Origin: Trichoplax adhaerens
Lineage: Eukaryota; Animalia; Placozoa
Assembly: GCF_000150275.1 (NCBI RefSeq)
Contig: NW_002060947.1
Span: forward strand, 3,896,335-3,960,334
Direction of reading: 5' to 3'
DNA length: 64,000 bases
Position numbers and translations under genes: made by a program
Notes under the pieces: model-generated
What the model was told of the DNA's origin: nothing
The model's input: only the letters and a program-made list of their open reading frames with translations
The model's database searches: none
In this document: piece after piece, positions 10,786 through 24,377 of the stretch
Layout: each line of letters opens with the position of its first letter
Position numbering within the stretch: the stretch's first letter is position 1

Positions 10786-13700
10786 ATGGCCGCTTCAATA
10801 GATCCATTAGGTGTTGCTAAAAATTTAATAGAAGTGTCAGTTTTGAAAACATGGCATGAAAGTATAGTGCCTTCATATCCAGACATCCAGCCCTCTAAAC
10901 AATCACCATTTCAATATTGTTCCAATATAAATCAAAAGTTGGTCCTATGGTAAGTCAGGAAAAAGTTAGCATAAATTTTGAGCGTAATATCATATTTTTA
11001 TTATACTGAAAGATGTTATTTGTATCATGCTGCCAATTTTAAGAAATTGGAATGCTGAACTTATCATATGGTATTACTTCGGTACTCTGAATGGATCTTG
11101 TCTTATTTTAGGACTGGTGATATTACTACACTAAAGGTAGATGCTATTGTTAATCCTACGAACGAAAATCTTTCTGTCATGTCTCCAATCAACCAGAAAA
11201 TATTCGAAATTGCAGGACCAAGTTTACATAGAGATATACGTGATGAGATTGGCAGTAAGTAGCTAGCAGGAATGTAATATTAGATTTTCAAGGAAAAAGT
11301 AAAAGAAACCCAATAATTAACTTGTAGTCTTTTGCTTAGTTTAGGTCATGATTACAACAGTATTATATCTTCGTTGATTTTGTATGTGATTCATTCTCAA
11401 TATAAGCCGTAATGTATAATTATTGTACGTATTTGTTATTCTTACAGAATGTGCTACTGGAGAATCGAAATTATCCAAGGGCTATAATTTACCATCAAGG
11501 TTGGAAGTGTGTATAATTATTGTAATTGCAACAGAGTGTAGCAACTACTGCCTTTTGTATCGTGCTCTAAGGAAATGACTGTCGTACCAATGTGACACCA
11601 GTAATAATTTACCCATTATTTCACTTGTATTTTAGATATGTTATTCATACGGTTGGTCCAAAATACAATCCTAGATACTTGTCGGCTGTAGAAAATGCGC
11701 TTTACAGGAGTTATAGATCGTCCTTGTTAATTGCAGGGTAAATAATCCCCTTATTTATCTCAATGTCTACCGCTTGCCTACCTCTGACGTTGCATAAAAT
11801 TTTCTTACGTTAGCGAGTACAAGGTCCGATCAATCGCTATTCCTACCGTCCATCTTCATCAACGTGGTTTCCCAGTATCTGAGGGAGCACATATAGCACT
11901 AAGTGAGCACTAAAATATTACACTGTCCATCTTCAATATTCATAGCAATCACTAATTACATATGAGTTTAATAAAAACTCTTATAGGTATTTATTACTAA
12001 TTATGGAATTATTTTTGTAGGAACTGTCAGAAGGTACTTAGAGCACCAAAGTTGTACACTCGAAACAGTTATCCTTATCTTGGATGATACGGAAATGGTA
12101 CGATATATAACATCAATAAAATAATAATTGCCAATACAATTCAGACTTGACAAATATGTACGTCCTGTACGCATGTGTTTGGTATTGTGCGAAATGCCGT
12201 ACCATCTATTTGAAGATATATATGATATTAAAGGTATTAGTTTTAACTTTATTCAGGAAATATATAAGCGTTTGGCTGTATTATATTTTCCGAGAAGTAA
12301 CGAAGAAGAAGCTTATGCTTTTGAAAATCTCCCTGAAGATATCGGTATTTATTAGAACCTATCCGTAATTCGTTTTAATTACAACAGTAGCATACCTGTT
12401 GTTAAAACATTTCGTTATTTGGATAATTTAACTATTTGGAAAGGCAATGAATTCGGAGAGCCAACCATAAAAGAACGATCAATCCGTATCCAAGACAAGA
12501 TAGTAAATTCAGGTATGTATAGTACACTATAACTTAATATTCAAAAATATTTGAAATCTTTATATCAATTTTATCTATTAATTTCCGAATTGCGGTTAAA
12601 CAGAGGATGAAAAAACTTTTACAAAATCGGATTCTGCTGCCTTCCGAGCATTTTCAAAAATGGCTGGAGATCATGATATAGCAAGATCTGAATTGATACA
12701 ATCGAAAAGTAAAAAGACTTCACAGTTGCAACAAAATGCGAAGAGGTAACATAAATTCTAATTTTTGTATAAATTTTAGCTGATAGGTATGAAACTTATA
12801 ATTCTCTGTTTACAGTTAAAGCCGCTCTCGTATAACTTGATCATAGCACTTTGAATATATAGACGTAATTAATATAATAAAACAATTATTTGAGTTACAA
12901 GTTTATCCCATTTCTTGAACAAGATACCAAACTTGGTTGAAATTAGCACGCACATTGGACACCAAAGATATTATAAAATTAAAAGCTCTGTACAAGTCAG
13001 GTAATAACTTCTGAATCGTTTATGGTCATGGTTTATTCTTTGATGGTGTAATGTAACAAATCATTAGGAGTAGACCAGTACGGACGATCTGTCATTGTTT
13101 TCATTGGCAATAATTTTCCAGCTCATCTTACCGATCTAAATAAGGTTACATTTACTATCTTAATTATCGTTGCAAATCAATAGTATTTTCGATAAACTTT
13201 ATACCGTCTCATATTAACATATTTTTATTATCACATTGAATAGGCGATTTCTTATTATGCGTATCTGATGGATGATATGGTAGATAACGATTATATAGCA
13301 ATCTACTTCCATACATTAACCAATGCTGAGCAACGTCCACCTGCGAATTTCTTAAAGCTAGTTTATCAAACATTAGACCCAAAGTAGGCCAGCTTTGCGC
13401 ACTATTATTGATTTTCACTGACAGTCAACTAAAGTTGTACAATTATGGATTTTAGATATCACAAAAATTTGAAAGCCTTTTATGTGGTTCATCCTTCTTG
13501 GTGGCTCAAGGTATTATAATGATAGAAAGAAATTTTATATTCAAAATAATCTCGGTATACATATTTCCCTTCAAATTTTAATGGTCTTCCTGGTTGCTGT
13601 GCGCAATTACGGCTCCGAGACTAGAAAGTAAGCAACGTAATATTAATAATGCTCATTTCTCCTCAAATTTTAGTGGTCTTTCTGGTCGTTCTGTACATTT

Positions 13701-13981
13701 ACGGCACCGGAACTAAAAAGTAAATTACAGTATATTGATGACCTTAAGGATTTACTTAAATTTATACCCCGCGATCAATTCAGCATTCCACAATATCTCT
13801 TTGACGAAAATAGAAAGGTAGGGTATCGTTATTTTGATAAATTTTGCTCAAATTGATTATGATATAGTACTCTAAACATAACTACTAAAGAAACTAAGAG
13901 ACAGTATTTTAAATTTCATAATAGATGAACGGTAATTCTGTCACTACTCCTAACGCTGCTTCTCAACCTGATGAGTTATAG
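10786..13981 (+). CDS. GDAP2: Ganglioside-induced differentiation-associated protein 2 (macrodomain + CRAL-TRIO), 15 coding exons
   Basis: Start MAASIDPLGV..SPFQYCSNINQKLVLW|TGDITTLKVDAIVNPTNE; macro-domain GYNLPSRYVIHTVGPKY and RGFPVSEGAHIALRTVRRYLE; LYFPRS..ENLPEDIGNEFGEPTIKERSIRI; CRAL-TRIO region ALYKSGVDQYGRSVIVFIG, YIAIYFHT, KNLKAFYVVHP. Exon starts ~10786, 11112, 11448, 11636, 11814, 12020, 12257, 12444, 12604, 12924, 13068, 13244, 13457, 13674, 13925; stop TAG 13979-13981. Confidence 0.93.
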
Positions 13982-15311
13982 AGAATTTTTGAATCAATTC
14001 AGTGAAGCTACGATAGGTGAATATCGGTATTATTTAAGGAAATAATTGAAAACATAATGACGTATGATTGTGGCTCAAATTATTTACCGTACTGTCTGCC
14101 TATTGACAGCTTCACAGTAAATGAGCTAGGGAAGGTGTAATCTTTATAAGTTGTTCATTTAATTCCCAGATAAAATGTTGCAGTATCGTTTAACTATACT
14201 GTAGTTACAGTTATTTAAGGTTAGCCGATCTGCTAATGTCTATAAACCGGAATACACGTAGATATTTTTAGCCAGAATAGTATATGATATTATTGGTATT
14301 TTTATTGGCAAATTACAAATATATATTAGGAATTTGTAAAAATCGTTACTATGGTATAAAATTTATAATGAAGTGTTTAACTGAGAATCGACTATTTGTA
14401 CAATATATTATGATTTAAGACTACTTTAGCCAATCGTACATGTATAGGATACCAGCCGTCTTTCACTATAGAAGTTGTTTTTGAAGGTTATTGATATTAT
14501 GCATTCTCTGTGATAACGATTAACTATAACCTTCAACTTAACTATGTACCATCCGAACATTCTTGCATTATTACTTTCAAATTGAAATAAAAATTTATAT
14601 TATATTCTTGCAATGTACTCTGAATTATTTATTCTATTACTGCAATGGATTACTTTACGTTGCTAACATATAAAGTAGACTGCCTTCATACAAGTAAAAC
14701 GGTAGATATTTTGATATCACTGTGTACTAAATATACTACACTTTGTCTCCTCATTTTTTATGTCCATATTGCTAGTTAAATCTAAATAAATTAATTTTAT
14801 TACCTTAAAAATTTTGATATGCAATGCATAGGTTAAACAACATAAGAGCAGGCACATTCAACAAAAACATACATTACAATATGGTAATATACTCATACAT
14901 TGAAAATGTAGATGCTAAGATATCAGAATCTATATGTAAATGACCAACTGCAACCCAAAATGCCATATGCCAATTATAGTAGCAGAAATCTTATACTGTA
15001 GAAGACTAGTTTCAATTTCAAGCGCAAAGTAAGCTTAAATATTATTACATGTAACAGTGAATAGTACTCCGAACCATATTCTTAGTAATAACAAAGGCAG
15101 ATCTTTTTTCGAATTATGATCGCCATTTAATAGGTCTTTGTGAGTTGATACATAACATAATAAGTAAATGATATATTAATATATTTTTAATGTCTTTATC
15201 ATGTGTATTTTAATTTCACTCTTTTTGTGAAACATATCCGGTAATATTCTTACTCGGTATTGATGAGAAAATTAAGATATCCTCTTATTAAGATGTCTAC
15301 TAACAAGCATG

Positions 15312-18300
15312 TTAACTAGTGCGACAATGGATAGGATGTTCACTTCTGTTATTACTGTTACTATTATCATTATCATTATCATCAGTATTATCATCATTAT
15401 CATTATTATTATCATCATTATTATTACTAAAATTGCCTCTACGATATATTACATTTAATAACATTATATCAAGAGGATCAGCATTCATTCTTCGCTGATT
15501 TGTGGAACTGATAGAATCAATATCTTGACAATGCCTAGACTCCTGATCAGTAGGGGGCAATCGAGGACTCCATAATCTAATTACATGATCAATACCACTT
15601 GTTGCTAAGACACAAACACTGGGATGTGGCTGTAAACAGTTAACAATTGATTCATCACCACGTAAAACATGCAAAAGGTTTGCAGTCTCCCTATCCCAGA
15701 TGAAAAATGATCCGTCATCGCTTCCAGCCATAATAAATTGAGAATTTGCTCCGAAAAAATTTGCCTCCTTAATATCAGTTGTTGTATTGCAATGGCCGCA
15801 ATAGCGCATTTTAAAATCAGAACATGCTACAGAATGTCTTGACTGATTGTCTTCCGATTGGTTACGACTTCTTTCGCGTTCTTTACAATAAATAAAAAAT
15901 CATTTTAACAGTTGTATAATATTAAATACTAAATGATAATTCAAAAATTTAACAACGATCATAAAATTTGTCGTAATTAATATTAAAGACATCTTTGAAT
16001 TTTATTGCCGTAACACAGTATACTACAATACGATGTTTAGCGTTAAAAGAAATACCCTTACCGGCATTGGCCATTCCATTTTTAATCTCAGATTCTAAAC
16101 TCTTTACGGGATCTTCATTAGCAAAGCGAGGGAAGCAAGACTTTATATAATCTAGGCAAGCTAATGACTCCTTATAATATCGAAGATTATTAAGACATCG
16201 GCTTAAGCGAGTCCATGACTTGAAATGGTTTGGATCTAGCGATAATGACATCTGGCAATCCCTTAACGCCGCATATACATCACCATCCCTATTACAAGAG
16301 TATACAATAAGATGTCTTTAACGTAATCGTTGTAGAGTAGAAAAGTACGAAAGTCGAGATTAAAATTAAAATATGTAATCGCAAGAACTACTGCATAAAA
16401 AAATCGAAATAGAAAGCCTTTCAGAATGAATAAACAATTACTTACCACCCTCTACAAAGGTACGCTGCTGCACGATTAGAATACAATAGAGGATTATCTA
16501 CGCCAAGTGATAATGCTAAATTATAGTATTGTATTGCTAAGTTGAACATTTTACAGTTGTATGCGTCATTTCCTCGTATTTTCAGCGATTCAGCACGAGC
16601 AGGTAATACTGAAGAATGATTAAGTTTTACTTTCTTGTGTTTAAGATCGGTAAAAGATAGCTTATCCATATTAATATTAGAGGATTCATGATTTGTTAGC
16701 TGGCTGATAAAATGACAACTATTGGAAGTAGACATTTGAAAATCGTCGACAGTAAATTTTAGAGGCCGAACTTCTTGAAATACATCGAAAAGATATACTT
16801 GCTCACCACCTAGATTAGCAAGTAATTCTTGACCATTAGGACTAAATGTGGTATATGTGACCGTTACTGGCCTTTGCACAATATTATATCGGATACCACT
16901 CCCTTGTTTATTCAAGTGACCAGCTGTAAAGCTGCGGATGTAGCCTTTTACGGTCTCTGAAGTAGACTTTGGGCCTACCTTCAACATGCGTGTATCGTAT
17001 AGCCTTACGTACTGGTCATTGCAACCTACTGCTAAAAGTTCAGGTCGCATACTATTTACATCCAAGCATTTAACTTCGGAAGGGTAATCTCTAATAGCGC
17101 GATTAGCAACATTGATTAATACGTTGCTACATGATTGACCATCCTGACAAGTGTGATTTTCGCGTAAATCGAATTGTCTACAGATGATAGGTAATAATAT
17201 AACATCATAAAACTAGTAACTTTGATATTTTTCGAGATCAAAATAGTAACATAAAATAAAATCTTATAGAAATAGTGATAGCGAAACATAGTAGATTCTT
17301 ATCGGTAATTTAATTTAAAATTTACTAGCTAGTCACTAGCAATTCTAATTTATATAACACAATACGAAAACATATTATTGAGATCGTAAGATTTAATAGG
17401 TTGTTTACAATATCAAACAGGTAAATGTAATTATTGAACAGTATTATATTTACCTGACTGTTCCATCCTCGCTGGCACTCCAAAATAAGTAGGGCATGCT
17501 AGCAGTATTGGCCAAGCGTTTCACTCGATTTGTATGGCAACGAAAAGTTTGTTGAGTGCTACTATATTTGACTGAATGCAGCTTTATTTTGTTGTCGGCA
17601 GCACCAGATAATACTAGACTATTTCTTGAATTAGGTACAAACTAGAAATTTAAGAAAGCTTAGGTCAATATTGTATTGTATCAACTTAATCCGATAGAAA
17701 CTTATGCGTATCAAAATGGTCAATCTCCTATGTCATTTATTGTAACTGTAACTGTAATTGTAAAACTAATGCAGTATCTACCAGAGCTATACTTCAATGA
17801 ATACCTTAACAGAAAATATATTGCCAACGTGTCCACTGTTTAATGACCAAACTTGTTTGTGGCGTAACGGGTCCCATAAGATAAATTTAAGATCATCAGA
17901 TCCGGAAGCTAATAACCTGATTGCAATTTAGATAATCAAGATCAATGCTTAGTGACTCCACTTGTACAAATTAACTCTTACGGGCACCAATATTGCTACT
18001 AATAAGAAGAGCCTGTTATTATGTTACATATATCTCTTCCTTACCTACATAAAATGTATAGTATCATTTTAACTATCTTTAACATTTAGTTTTGATAAAC
18101 TACACAGAGTGTTGTAATAATGATCGGAAAACTGTTATAAATCTTTCTATTTTTATTACTTCCAGATTTGGATTAAAGTCTAACTACAAGGGAGGATCAT
18201 TAACTCATATGAATACTGTCATACAGCCGTGGTTACTTGCAGGTTTTTACTCGATGAAGGAGATTTAATACTGCAAAGGTGGCCAATTATTATTAGTTAT

Positions 18301-21300
18301 GTTGAATAAAGATAGACTTTACAGAATATACGAGTAGTAACATAGAACACCAATAAAATAAGCTTTCGTACAGTGCAATGGGCCAGTTAGGTTAGTCAAT
18401 ATAACGCTATAAATACATTACTATCACAGTTAGTAGTACGTGTATGCAATTAACAATTTCCTTCAATTAAACATTCTAACTAGTGGTATGAGTCTAGAAC
18501 TTACTATCACGAACATTTTTGGTCCGATCAGAGTTTATTTACTACTGTATATTTGTATATGTTAGATGCTAGAGATTTAATGTAAATCTAGCTAACTTGC
18601 GATTACTATGAATAATAAAATAAGTAGATTACGTCCGAGAAACTAGGCGATTCGAGTTTTCCATACTACTGTATAGACGCGTATGTAGAGGTTAGAGGCT
18701 AGAGATATAATTCTAATTCTCGCTAATGAGTGATTATTAAGAAGAATAAGCTAGTATATTGCAACAGAGTAGTCACTTTTATATAAATGCCAAGGGTTAT
18801 TACTGATATCAATAAATATTAGACATAGAAAATGCGAAGAATTTATTTGTAATACTCGTGTAAAAATACTTACGATCCGTCATCATTCCATTCGAGACAG
18901 TTAACACAACCACGGTGTCCCTATGAAGTTATAAATTCACATTGAAATATTTCAATTTATTTCAGCAATATTCTCAAGTATTTGCAGTACTGTATAACTA
19001 TAATTTTTAACCCTATCCTGCACGAACTGTATTCTAGAAAGATATTCTATTAACTGCTTCCGACTTATCATTAAATAGTTCAATCTTTCTACAATTCGAG
19101 CAATGTGATAGAGGTTGGATACTATGCTACGAGAGTTAAATTCCTTTAAAATCCTTTTATCATGCAACTGCTAGATCAAGCAATGGTAGTAATTCGGTTG
19201 GCTATTGTATACTGTAGGCAATCGACGATTCGTTATGGTATGCTATATTGCAATTATAACCTAATCCTTACTCCAGGACTCCAATACAGTACGTATGTCC
19301 ATAAGAGTAGAAATTAGCTGATTACAAACAAATTATATACGTTATGTACAATAGATTGAAATCTTCATAGGCATTGTAAAAGTAGTTTTTTTTTTATCAT
19401 CAACGACACTTAACTTTACTGCCCTATAGCGTGAGTGAAAGTATGCTACTAGAATTTAACTTGATATTCCTTCCGGGAGTAAAGTAATCTTCTACTATGC
19501 CAGCTGTAGGTAAGAGTTTAAGCGTAAGCGCAACGCTAGCTAAAAACGTGCACGTACTATAATTATATACATAATTAATTACTCGTGACTACAGTAATCT
19601 ACCGGACAATCTGTTGTACAGTATTCTTTCTTTTTAATCTGTTCATCAATTTAGTATGCTTGATATTTACAGATCATGTACTGTACAATCTATTCTAACT
19701 CACTGTTCACTCTTCCTCATTAGCTGCTATTTTTGGAGTGAATGAAAGAATGAACAGAAAATAGATATTGTATAGTAGTGTTGTGCAATATCTTATATCT
19801 TATCGAGTGTAAAATTGGAATGATTACGTAGCAGTAGCGGCTTAAGTGGACTTTAGACGATAGTTTATGGCTGAAAGTTTGCAACAGTAGCTTACCTCTA
19901 GCTCGGTCTCTAATTCCAATCGATTCGCCAACGATGGAAAGACATGTAGAGATCTTTCAAACGTTCGATTAAATGTTCCAGTTACTGACTACAAGATAAA
20001 TCAATAAAAAAAGAATAGACTTGTTTGTAAGAAAATCTCTCCATTTTCAGGGTTGACAGAAATAATAATAATTCATCTTTTTTCTTCAATCTGATCAACA
20101 GAATATAACCCTTATACAATAGAGTCAAAATAATATGCGTATGTAGGCTGGTGTTGATCGCAACCATCGAGTAACTATGAATGATGATTTGCTTCTTCTT
20201 ATAGATTGATATCATAAGATAGTAAAGAAAGAGAAATGAATTTGATGGAGGGGGCCAATCAATAGAAATCCAAGTCAGTTTCTCGATTTCGTCATCAAGT
20301 ATGATCCATCCCTACAGTCAATCTGTTAGGAAAAAGAATCTGACTTTCCAAATTGGCGATAAATACTGTACAAGTAGGGCTATGGAATGCAGTATAAAAG
20401 TGATGACAGAAGATTAACACAGTATAACAGTAGAAAAGATTCTAAGTCAGCAGATATTTTTTCATGATGGTTTTTTTCTACCCTTTGCATCCGAATTCTT
20501 GCTAGTTGTTGTTGTTATTATTTACTATTTTTATTTGAATTGAAGAATCATGGCAATCCTGTCAATAGCTATATATAGGACTGATTACCAGAGGATATAT
20601 TGAGTAGTTAAGAAGATAGCGTATAATCCTTGATAAATGATGTCTTGCATGATGGGTCATATTTTGAGGTAGAGATTTTACACTCATTAGAAAGGAAGAA
20701 AAATGGAAATATAATTATTTACTATCATTCTACGCGCATTTGGATTGAAGTCGAAGAACCTAGGCGACCATGTCCATAGCTATAGCACTGATGACGACTA
20801 GAGGACATGTTGAGTAGCTAAGAACAAGGTGCATAATTCTGAAAAGATAATGTCTTGTCATAATGGATACTATTTTCAGGTAGAGATTTTGTACTCATTG
20901 CAAAGGGGGGGGGAGAGGAAAAAACAGAAATATTACTATTCTTATTTAATTTGAATTGGAGTCAAAGAATCAAGGCGATCCTATCAAAGGCTATCGGAGA
21001 GATGACTAGAAGCCATGTTGAGTAGTATAAGAATATGGCGTATAATGCTTGAAAGGTGATGTCTTGTCATGATGGAAAATCTATTTTCAGGTAGAGATTT
21101 GTACTGATTAGAAAGGGGAAAGCGGAAAAGTTCATCTTGTCTACGAATAGATCCATCGACATCCACTGGGGGGGCATCCGTGTTATTTGCATCGTTATCC
21201 TTGAGTGTGCGATGATGATGTAACCTGTAGTCTAACTCTCTTACTATCCCTTTTTACAAGTTGACGTTTACTCTACAAATAGTTGGATCTAGACTATTGT

Positions 21301-21435
21301 CATGATCGTGATGGAACTTACCAGGAAGAAAGAGAAAAATCTTTGAAAAAAAAAATTGGATCAGAAAAACTTGCTACCTCCTCTTACCTGGCATTCGCGT
21401 TGTCGAAGGAAGTTAGATACTTGATTTCCAATCAT
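15312..21435 (-). CDS. WDTC1: WD and tetratricopeptide repeat protein 1 (adipose/DCAF9), 8 coding exons, ~671 aa
   Basis: Exons 21435-21388 ([16 protein letters not shown]), 19988-19896 ([16 protein letters not shown]), 18920-18874 ([13 protein letters not shown]), 17916-17805 ([18 protein letters not shown]), 17641-17454, 17177-16446 (TPR: [14 protein letters not shown]), 16288-16062 ([11 protein letters not shown]), 15880-15312 ([35 protein letters not shown]). Total 2016 nt in frame. Confidence 0.93.
15348..15428 (-). repeat. Coding trinucleotide (AAT/GAT) repeat giving an Asn/Asp tract at the WDTC1 C-terminus
   Basis: [27 protein letters not shown] in ORF 15312..15809. Confidence 0.85.
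20518..21125. repeat. Degenerate three-copy tandem repeat (period 211 bp) in the first coding intron of WDTC1
   Basis: Anchor GTAGAGATTT at 20669, 20880, 21091; shared blocks TTGAGTAG, ATGTCTTG(T)CAT and CTATTTTCAG or close variants. Confidence 0.85.
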
Positions 21436-23284
21436 TCAGTTATTTTATTGAAGGAAGAGAAAATAAAAGAAAGGATAAAGACTCTTCTATCAAGATTGTA
21501 ATTGCCACTATGGAAAGAAATGGAAAGGAAGTGAAAAACGCCGAAATAGCATGGATTGACAGTGGATTTGATTGGATTTTGTTAACAACTTTTGCAGGTT
21601 TTCCTTTCCCAGTGGTAGTAATTCTATGTCGACTTGGTCGCCTCTCCTTGAAGCCTTCGGCGCAGTCCATCCAACTACAGACATACCGACATATGGACAT
21701 CGTGTCATACAACTGAGAGTAGAGTGTTGGAAGACGGTCGTAGAGCAGTAGGAATTATACTGGAGACATTGGAAAAGGCAAAGTGTGCATTGAGTGACCC
21801 GATCACTAGTCACTCCACATACTCATCAGCTACTCAAAAATGATGTCCAGTAGGCCATGGTGTCGAGGTCCAAGAAAAAGTTTTTCGGCTTTTTCTTGGA
21901 TCTCGCTTACTCTGTCACTAATTCACTATCCAATGCCCACACAATCGTCTAGACTAATATCATGGCTGTACAAATGGCTCAGTGAAGCTTGCATACTAAT
22001 GGGCCACGTCAATGTTATTTCCATTGGAAACCAAGGTAGACTTTTTGCTTGCCAAGACAATCCACTTTCTTGACTATATATAATGTCACCCGTGACAACC
22101 ATAGAAGTCATACTGTAGGCAGTATTCTATTCCTATTGAAGTGACTTTATTTTTGCTCCGGTGGATTACTGGACGTTCAAGTATACAAAAGCGAATTGCC
22201 ATTTGCAGTCGCTTTTTTTTCAAATTTGGTAGGCTAAAAGAATCGATAGGGTACTGTGTTTACCCATCTACTCCATTAACACTCTATGGAAAAGGGCACA
22301 AGATACTCCATAAGCACTGTGCTTGATTCAAAAAATAAATCCATACCCAGTCGATTCAGTAGTGTAGAGTAGAAGAATCCTCGAATAATTGATTACGCTA
22401 TGGTGTTGCATCTCATTTGCAATCTCATTATACAGATCGGATGGAAACATGACTGGAGTGGATTGTTTACTTTGCACTTTCGAACTGGTTGACAGCTGCG
22501 TGAACGAAAAATAACGAGTGGTGATCATCTCCATTCTACTACTCTAGCTCATCGTCATTGCTATGCCATGTATAGTAGTAGGTCGATAGTGATACCACGA
22601 CTCGATTGAATCCAGTCGAGTAGCCATGACGCTAGCCTAAATCATTAGCAAAACTGATGTCAGTGCTAGACTAGTGACTTCTGTACAGTATAAGAATACG
22701 CAGAGTAGAATCCTTGCATGGAGTAAAAACGCAACTCGAATCTGATAAAATGGTTGCATTTTCAAACCTTAAATGACTGCAATGGCTATACAAATACTGC
22801 ATCAGCACAGAATTACATATCCTTTTGTAAAACTCTGCTGCACATACAGTGTACACGCGGATATCAATGCTCGATTGATTCTAGCCCACTAGCATTACGG
22901 CAGCACAAATCGCTAGCAAAACTTGATAGCACTAATAGCACTGATGTCGTACAGTAGTTGGAAGTCAATCACAGATTACTCGCTCTAGGCGAGAAATATG
23001 TACGTTAATGGATCATCTCTCTCTCTCTCTTTCTCGGCTCTCGAATCTCTACTGTACACGCGGTGTAGCATTTTCGTCCATTGGGATGTAGTTGTTGGGT
23101 TTCCTGAAATCGCTTTCAGGAAGCCCAGGCCTCAGTACAGTATTAGAATATGAATTGATACTATACCGTATAACATGAATTAATAATATTATTAAAAGAT
23201 TCCAACTCATGATACTTTGTTTATTAAATTAAAAATTGAATAAAAACAGTCCACTTATATTACTTAACCACAGCGTCCTCTCCC

Positions 23285-24377
23285 TACTATGATAGACTAG
23301 ATACGTCCATCCTGTAATAATATGTCTTTCTACTTATAGACAGTAGACGAGAGAGATAGTTGTATCAGCGAAGAGAACTTTATTACCCTAAGTCGGTCAG
23401 GTAGAAGGTAGAGAGAGATATATACTACTGGACAGAGAAAGGATTCTGAACCCAATAAGCTAAAAAATATATATATTGTTATATATATATGTGTTAGCGT
23501 GTTGGGTTGAGAATCCTTTCCCAGTGTAGTAGCAGTATATCTCTCTCTCTACCTTCTACCTGACGGACTTGGGATAATAACCTTCTCTTCTGTGAAATAG
23601 CTCTCTCTCTCTCTCTCTCCTCTCAGTCTATAAGTAGGACATATTAATACACTAGTCTGCTCTATATAGTACTGTGTAGCACTTTATATTGACAGACTTG
23701 AGATAATAATATTCTCTTCTGTGAAACAGCTCTCTCTCTCTCCTCTCAGTCTATAAATAGAAAGACATATTACTACACTAGTCTGCTCTATATAGTACTA
23801 TGTAGCAGTATATCTCTCTCTCTTTACCTTCTACCTGACGGACTTGGGATAATAACCTTCTCTTCTGTGAAACAGCTCTCTCTCTCTCTCTCCTCTCAGT
23901 CTATAAGTAGGACATATTAATACACTAGTCTGCTCTATATAGTACTGTGTAGCACTTTATATTGACGGACTTGAGATAATAATATTCTCTTCTGTGAAAC
24001 AGCTCTCTCTCTCTCTCTCCTCTCAGTCTATAAATAGAAAGACATATTACTACACTAGTCTGCTCTATATAGTACTGTGTAGCACTTTATATTGCATTAC
24101 GATTCCATTGATCCTCGTAAAATGTATTATTATATATACTGTATGTGTGTTGGCGTATTGGGTTGAGAATCTTTTCTCTATGTAGCAGTATACCTCTCTC
24201 TCTTTACCTTCTACCTGACAGACTTGAGATAATAATATTCTCTTCTGTGAAACAGCTCTCTCTCTCTCTCCTCTCAGTCTATAAATAGAAAGACATATTA
24301 CTACACTAGTCTGCTCTATACTGTACTGTGTAGCACTTTGTATTGCATTACGATTCCATGGATCATCATAAAATGTG
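23285..24377. repeat. Composite repeat: diverged inverted arm (23285-23463), (AT)n spacer, then a tandem/higher-order array of (CT)n-containing units (23492-24377)
   Basis: Anchor GAC(G/A)GACTTG(G/A)GATAATAA at 23562, 23691, 23837, 23964, 24217 (dimer period ~273-275). 23313-23463 is the diverged reverse complement of ~23492-23650, e.g. GTCAGGTAGAAGGTAGAGAGAGATATA versus TATATCTCTCTCTCTACCTTCTACCTGAC. Confidence 0.92.

Noticed and set aside
21440-22957. Cluster of 60-100 aa ORFs upstream of WDTC1
   Set aside because: They overlap on both strands with no recognisable domains; more likely 5'UTR/promoter sequence of slightly higher GC.
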